In this document: positions 58,391 through 64,000 of the stretch, in pieces
Position numbering within the stretch: the first letter of the stretch is position 1
Layout of the letters: each line of letters starts with the position of its first letter
DNA from: Eledone cirrhosa
Lineage: Eukaryota
Assembly: GCA_964016885.1 (NCBI GenBank)
Contig: OZ024741.1
Span: 253,394,001 to 253,458,000 of the forward strand
DNA length: 64,000 nt
Reading direction: 5' to 3'
The notes under the pieces: model-generated
What the model was told of the DNA's origin: nothing
The model's database searches: none
Seen by the model: the letters and a program-made list of their open reading frames with translations, nothing else
Translations under genes and position numbers: made by a program

Positions 58391-59866
58391 GTATATATAT
58401 AGCGAGAGAGAAGGGGAGAGTAATGAGTGATAGACAGATAGATCAACTGATAAATAGATAGATAAATAGATAAAGAGATAGATAGGTTGATAGGTTGATA
58501 GATATAGTTGGATAGATATAGATAGATAGATAGGTTGATAGATATAGTTAGATAGATAGATAGGTTGATAGATATAGATAGATATAGATAGATAGATCAA
58601 CTGATAGATAGATAGTTAAATAGATAGATAGATAATAAATAGATAGATAATAAATAGATAGATAGATGGATAAATAGATAGATAGATCAACTGATAGATA
58701 GATAGATGGATAAATAGATAGATAGATCAACTGATAGATAGATGGATAGATAAATAGATAGATAGATAGAAAGATAGATAGGTAGACAAGAAAGAAGATT
58801 TAGAGTGTGCCCATAATGTCCATTTATGTGAAACAAAAAAACTAAGTTTTTATCCCTACAAGGGCCAGTCTATCTCTAGGTTCAAACATCAGTGATATTG
58901 TTAAGGGGTCAACTTAGATAGGAAGTAACCATGAAGGTAATGTCCCTTAAAACCTATTTGACTGAAGGCCTTAAAGGGCTGCTGCAGGTATAAAGAGACA
59001 TGTTTAAAGGGAGTCACTATGTCTGCCTGTATGTAAGAGAAAATGTCTAAATGTCTAAAAAGGAATGTAGAAGGTTGTGTAGGGATTAACACAATTACGT
59101 GGTGGTTGAAAAGTGACGGTGTTGTGGTGCTCATTCTGTTGTTATTATCTTTAGCTAGAGGATTTTGGGGTGTAAAGAAGTAATAACATCAGCAGCAGCA
59201 GCTAAAGCATCATCATCATGGTCATCATTATTATTACCATCATCATCACCACCAACAATTTCATGGTCATTTTCATTTTCATCATCATCATCATCAATGC
59301 CATCATCGTCACCAGTGCCACCACCAATTTCATGGTCATCATCATCATCATCATCATCATCAACATCATGCTTGGCATGATAATCATCATAAAATCCATC
59401 ATCAACATTACCATAATTATCACCTTCATTAAACATTGTCGTTAGCATCACCACCACTGCCAACATCAATCAATCTACATCATCATCATCATCATCATCA
59501 TCATCACTAACTCTACAATATATTATCCCCAGCACAATCACCACTAAACGGCACCAACATCACCATCATACACTACTATATACACCACCATCAACATCAT
59601 CACAAACACTACTGTTACTACCACCATCATGGCGGTAGTAATGTTAAAATATACAACAGTAATATACTGGGGGAGAGAGTGGAGGGGGGGGGGGGGGGTT
59701 AAGGCAATTTCAACTATTGCGTTGCTATAGAAATGTGTTGAGCCTGTGAGTGCACCGACAAAACTCCAGAATAACAAGACTCCCCACTTAGCCATAATAG
59801 AGAATACTATTAAACTCTACTTCAGTATTGAGTACTCATTTTCATGTTCATCAATAACACACACAA

Positions 59867-59900
<34 letters not shown>

Positions 59901-59974
59901 GTTTATCCCAGATTCAATCGGAGGTAATCACATTAAGTAAGGTACTCAATACATAGCAGAGTATAAATATTTTT

Positions 59975-60039
59975 ATATAGAAATGGCTTCTACAAGACTA
60001 GAACTGTTTCATTTGGTGGAAATCATCAGAAGCCATTTC

Positions 60040-60045
<6 letters not shown>
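59975..60045 (-). ncRNA. HHR family B with short fold-back
   Basis: CTGATGA-tttccaccaaat-GAAACAG ttctagtc TTGTA-GAAG; agaaatggcttc mirrored at both ends. Confidence 0.55.
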
Positions 60046-60084
<39 letters not shown>

Positions 60085-60232
60085 TAAATATATATGTACA
60101 TATGTATGTACATATATATAGTTGTGTGTATATGTATATATATATGTATGTATGTATATGTGGATATATATATATATACATATATATATATATGTATATT
60201 TATATATATATATATACATATATATATATGTA

Positions 60233-60277
<45 letters not shown>

Positions 60278-60339
60278 ATTTCTATATTCTATATATATAT
60301 ATATATATAAATATACATATATTTATTGTATAGAAGGAG

Positions 60340-60386
60340 CTTCTACAGGACTAGTACTGTTTCATTCAGATGAAATCTTCAGGAAG
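60340..60386 (-). ncRNA. HHR family B
   Basis: CTTC-CTGAAGA-tTTCA tc TGAAt-GAAACAG tactagtc CTGTA-GAAG. Confidence 0.72.
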
Positions 60387-60671
60387 ATGTGAGAAAAACG
60401 ACAGATCCTCCATCTCAACTCTACTTTTGAAAAGTAGAAGAACTGCGAAACCGGTAGAGGAACCAAATAAATATATATATTTTTTTAAATAAGACTCCAG
60501 TTGCATTTTTGATTTCATCTTTTTTTCTTTATACTTTCACTCGTGTAGGACACCTCGGTTATTTTTCATTTTGTAAAAAAAACCTCACTTTCTAATATAT
60601 ATATATATATATATGTAGGAGGTGAGTTTTATTGTAGTACAATAAAGCAATGCAGATATCGGATGTCTTCC

Positions 60672-60742
60672 TATTTTATCTGATGAAAACACAAATATTA
60701 TTGCATGATGATATTTGTTTTTGAAATGCGCATAATAAAATA
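60672..60742 (+). ncRNA. Type I hammerhead ribozyme
   Basis: TATTTTAT-CTGATGA-AAAcACAAATATTA..TGATATTTGTtTTT-GAAA-TGCGCA-TA-ATAAAATA; intact core, palindromic stem III. Confidence 0.88.
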
Positions 60743-61188
60743 CATGGAACTCTTTTAATCATCTTTTGATCTTATATATATATTATATATATATATATAT
60801 ATATCTGTATCTATATATAAATATATCTGTATCAATTTTCAACGGAAACTTCAATACTTATATCTATATATAAATACACATAAACGGACACACACACACA
60901 CACGCTTTATATATATATATATGTGTGTGTGTGTGTATGTGTGATGTGTGTGTATTCATAACACATTGATGCATACAAACATGCTCACAGAAATATATAT
61001 ACACTAACAGCATAAACTTGTATATAAACACAAACACATGCACAGAAATAAGCACATATACTTTACATGTTAGACATACTTATTCAGGCACACACACTCA
61101 TACATATATATATGTGTGTGTGTGTGTACCTATATATATATATATATGTGTGTATATATATATTGGAATGTATAAACAGGTGTATTTG

Positions 61189-61224
<36 letters not shown>

Positions 61225-61249
61225 AAAAAAATAAATAAAATATGACCTC

Positions 61250-61300
<51 letters not shown>

Positions 61301-61356
61301 ATATGTATATGTGTGTGTGTATGTGTTTACAAATATGTTTATGCTACTAGTGAATA

Positions 61357-61440
61357 TACAGGATGTCCCCCAAAAATGTATAAACATTTATTTGAATACT
61401 ATTTAAGTGTGTATACATTGTTTTGGACACTACACATGTA
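61357..61440. mobile_element. Tc1/mariner-type MITE relic
   Basis: tacaggatgtcccccaaaaatgtataaac ... gtgtatacattgttttggacac imperfect inverted ends. Confidence 0.55.
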
Positions 61441-61465
61441 AACATAGGCATAATATACAGTGCAT

Positions 61466-62485
<1,020 letters not shown>

Positions 62486-62811
62486 TATATATATATATAT
62501 ATATGTGCACACACGCACACTGCACATGGCATGCACTTAAAATATATAAACAGACACACACACTCACACACACATATACACATACACATACACAGATACA
62601 CACATTATATGTATATATATATATACATTTGGCAACATGCACATGTACATATACAAGACACATATATGTCAATACACTCAAACACATACACTCACACACA
62701 CACTCACATATATATATACATGTGTATATATATGTGTGTGTTTGTCTCGGGTTCAATCCCTGCAAGCAGGGAAAAACAGACGTAAAATGAAATGATGATG
62801 ATGATGATGAT

Positions 62812-62851
<40 letters not shown>

Positions 62852-63300
62852 GCTAGCGTGGAAGATAGACGTTAAACGATGATGATGATGATGATGATGA
62901 TAATATATATATACTCACATACATATATATACACAAACACTCATATAAAGTATATACATATATACACAAACACGCATAAAAAGTATATATATATATATAT
63001 GTGTGTGTGTGTATAAATATATACACGCACACGCGTCTTTATATACACTGCACAGAGACACGCATAACGTAATATTAAAGTTTTACAAATTAATAAACTT
63101 ACCTCTAATTAATGTCCATAATTAGTGTGAAGAGGTATCCCAGCATGGGTGTGACTGTTGTGACACAGCTGTGACTGTTGTGACACCAGTTTGATTGTTG
63201 TAACACCACTGTGTGACTGATGTAACACCACACAGCAACCTTACTCTCGTCTGTTGTTTGACAAGAGGCAGCATGCGTTGGACCGAAAATGTTACTCACT

Positions 63301-63333
<33 letters not shown>

Positions 63334-63420
63334 TTCTCTCACTCTCTCTCCCCTATCTTTCTTGCTCACTCTTTCTCTCTTTTTGTTACTCTTTTACACA
63401 CACACACACATATATATATG

Positions 63421-63488
<68 letters not shown>

Positions 63489-63553
63489 TATACACATATA
63501 TATATATATATATAAATGAAAGGTATAGAAAGTATTGTAGCAAGAAGCCAACA

Positions 63554-63605
<52 letters not shown>

Positions 63606-64000
63606 GTATATATATGTATATATATATATATATATCTGTGTGTATATATATATATATATATATACATATATATATGTATATATATGTGTATATATATGTG
63701 TATATATATGTGTATATATATGTGTATATATATATATATGTATATCCTCTATCTGTTATATGTTCTCTCTCTCTCCTCCTCTCTCTCTCTCTCTCTCTCT
63801 CTCTGTTACTCTCTATCTTTCTTGCTCACTCTTTCTCTGTGTGTATATATATATATATATGTATGTATGTCTGTGTCTGTGTGTGTGTGTGTGTGTGTGT
63901 ATCTGTCCCTCTCTTCTGCTGTACAATCTGTATTTGCATGTATTGTACGCAGCCTGTCATCGTATGTTGCCACTGTATGCTGTGTATGTCTCTGTGTCTG

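Noticed and set aside
58931-58990. Short + strand ORF MKVMSLKTYLTEGLKGLLQ before a GT
   Set aside because: Weak donor and no supporting context
60406-60460. CCTC...CGAAACCGGTA-GAGG HHR-like motif
   Set aside because: Stems I and III fit but the CTGANGA core is absent

Overview
Eukaryotic, AT-rich, almost wholly repetitive DNA; the SINE/RTE repertoire and (TA)n/(CATA)n density suggest an octopus-like cephalopod genome (inference). No host protein-coding gene could be supported; nearly all long ORFs in the track are translations of mini/microsatellites. The window holds 72-, 30-, 68- and 48-bp minisatellites, two tRNA-derived SINE families, RTE LINE fragments (one with an open PHD-like finger plus RT C-terminus), two RLE-type non-LTR fragments in (CATA)n, two mariner relics and a MITE. 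The main signal is about 15 hammerhead ribozyme (HHR) motifs from several unrelated families, nearly all in short inserts within (TA)n. Three of these inserts also carry the C-terminal tail of a Penelope-type GIY-YIG ORF, and many show fold-back ends that turn at or inside the ribozyme. All structures and coordinates were read by eye; boundaries are approximate and nothing was computed or searched.
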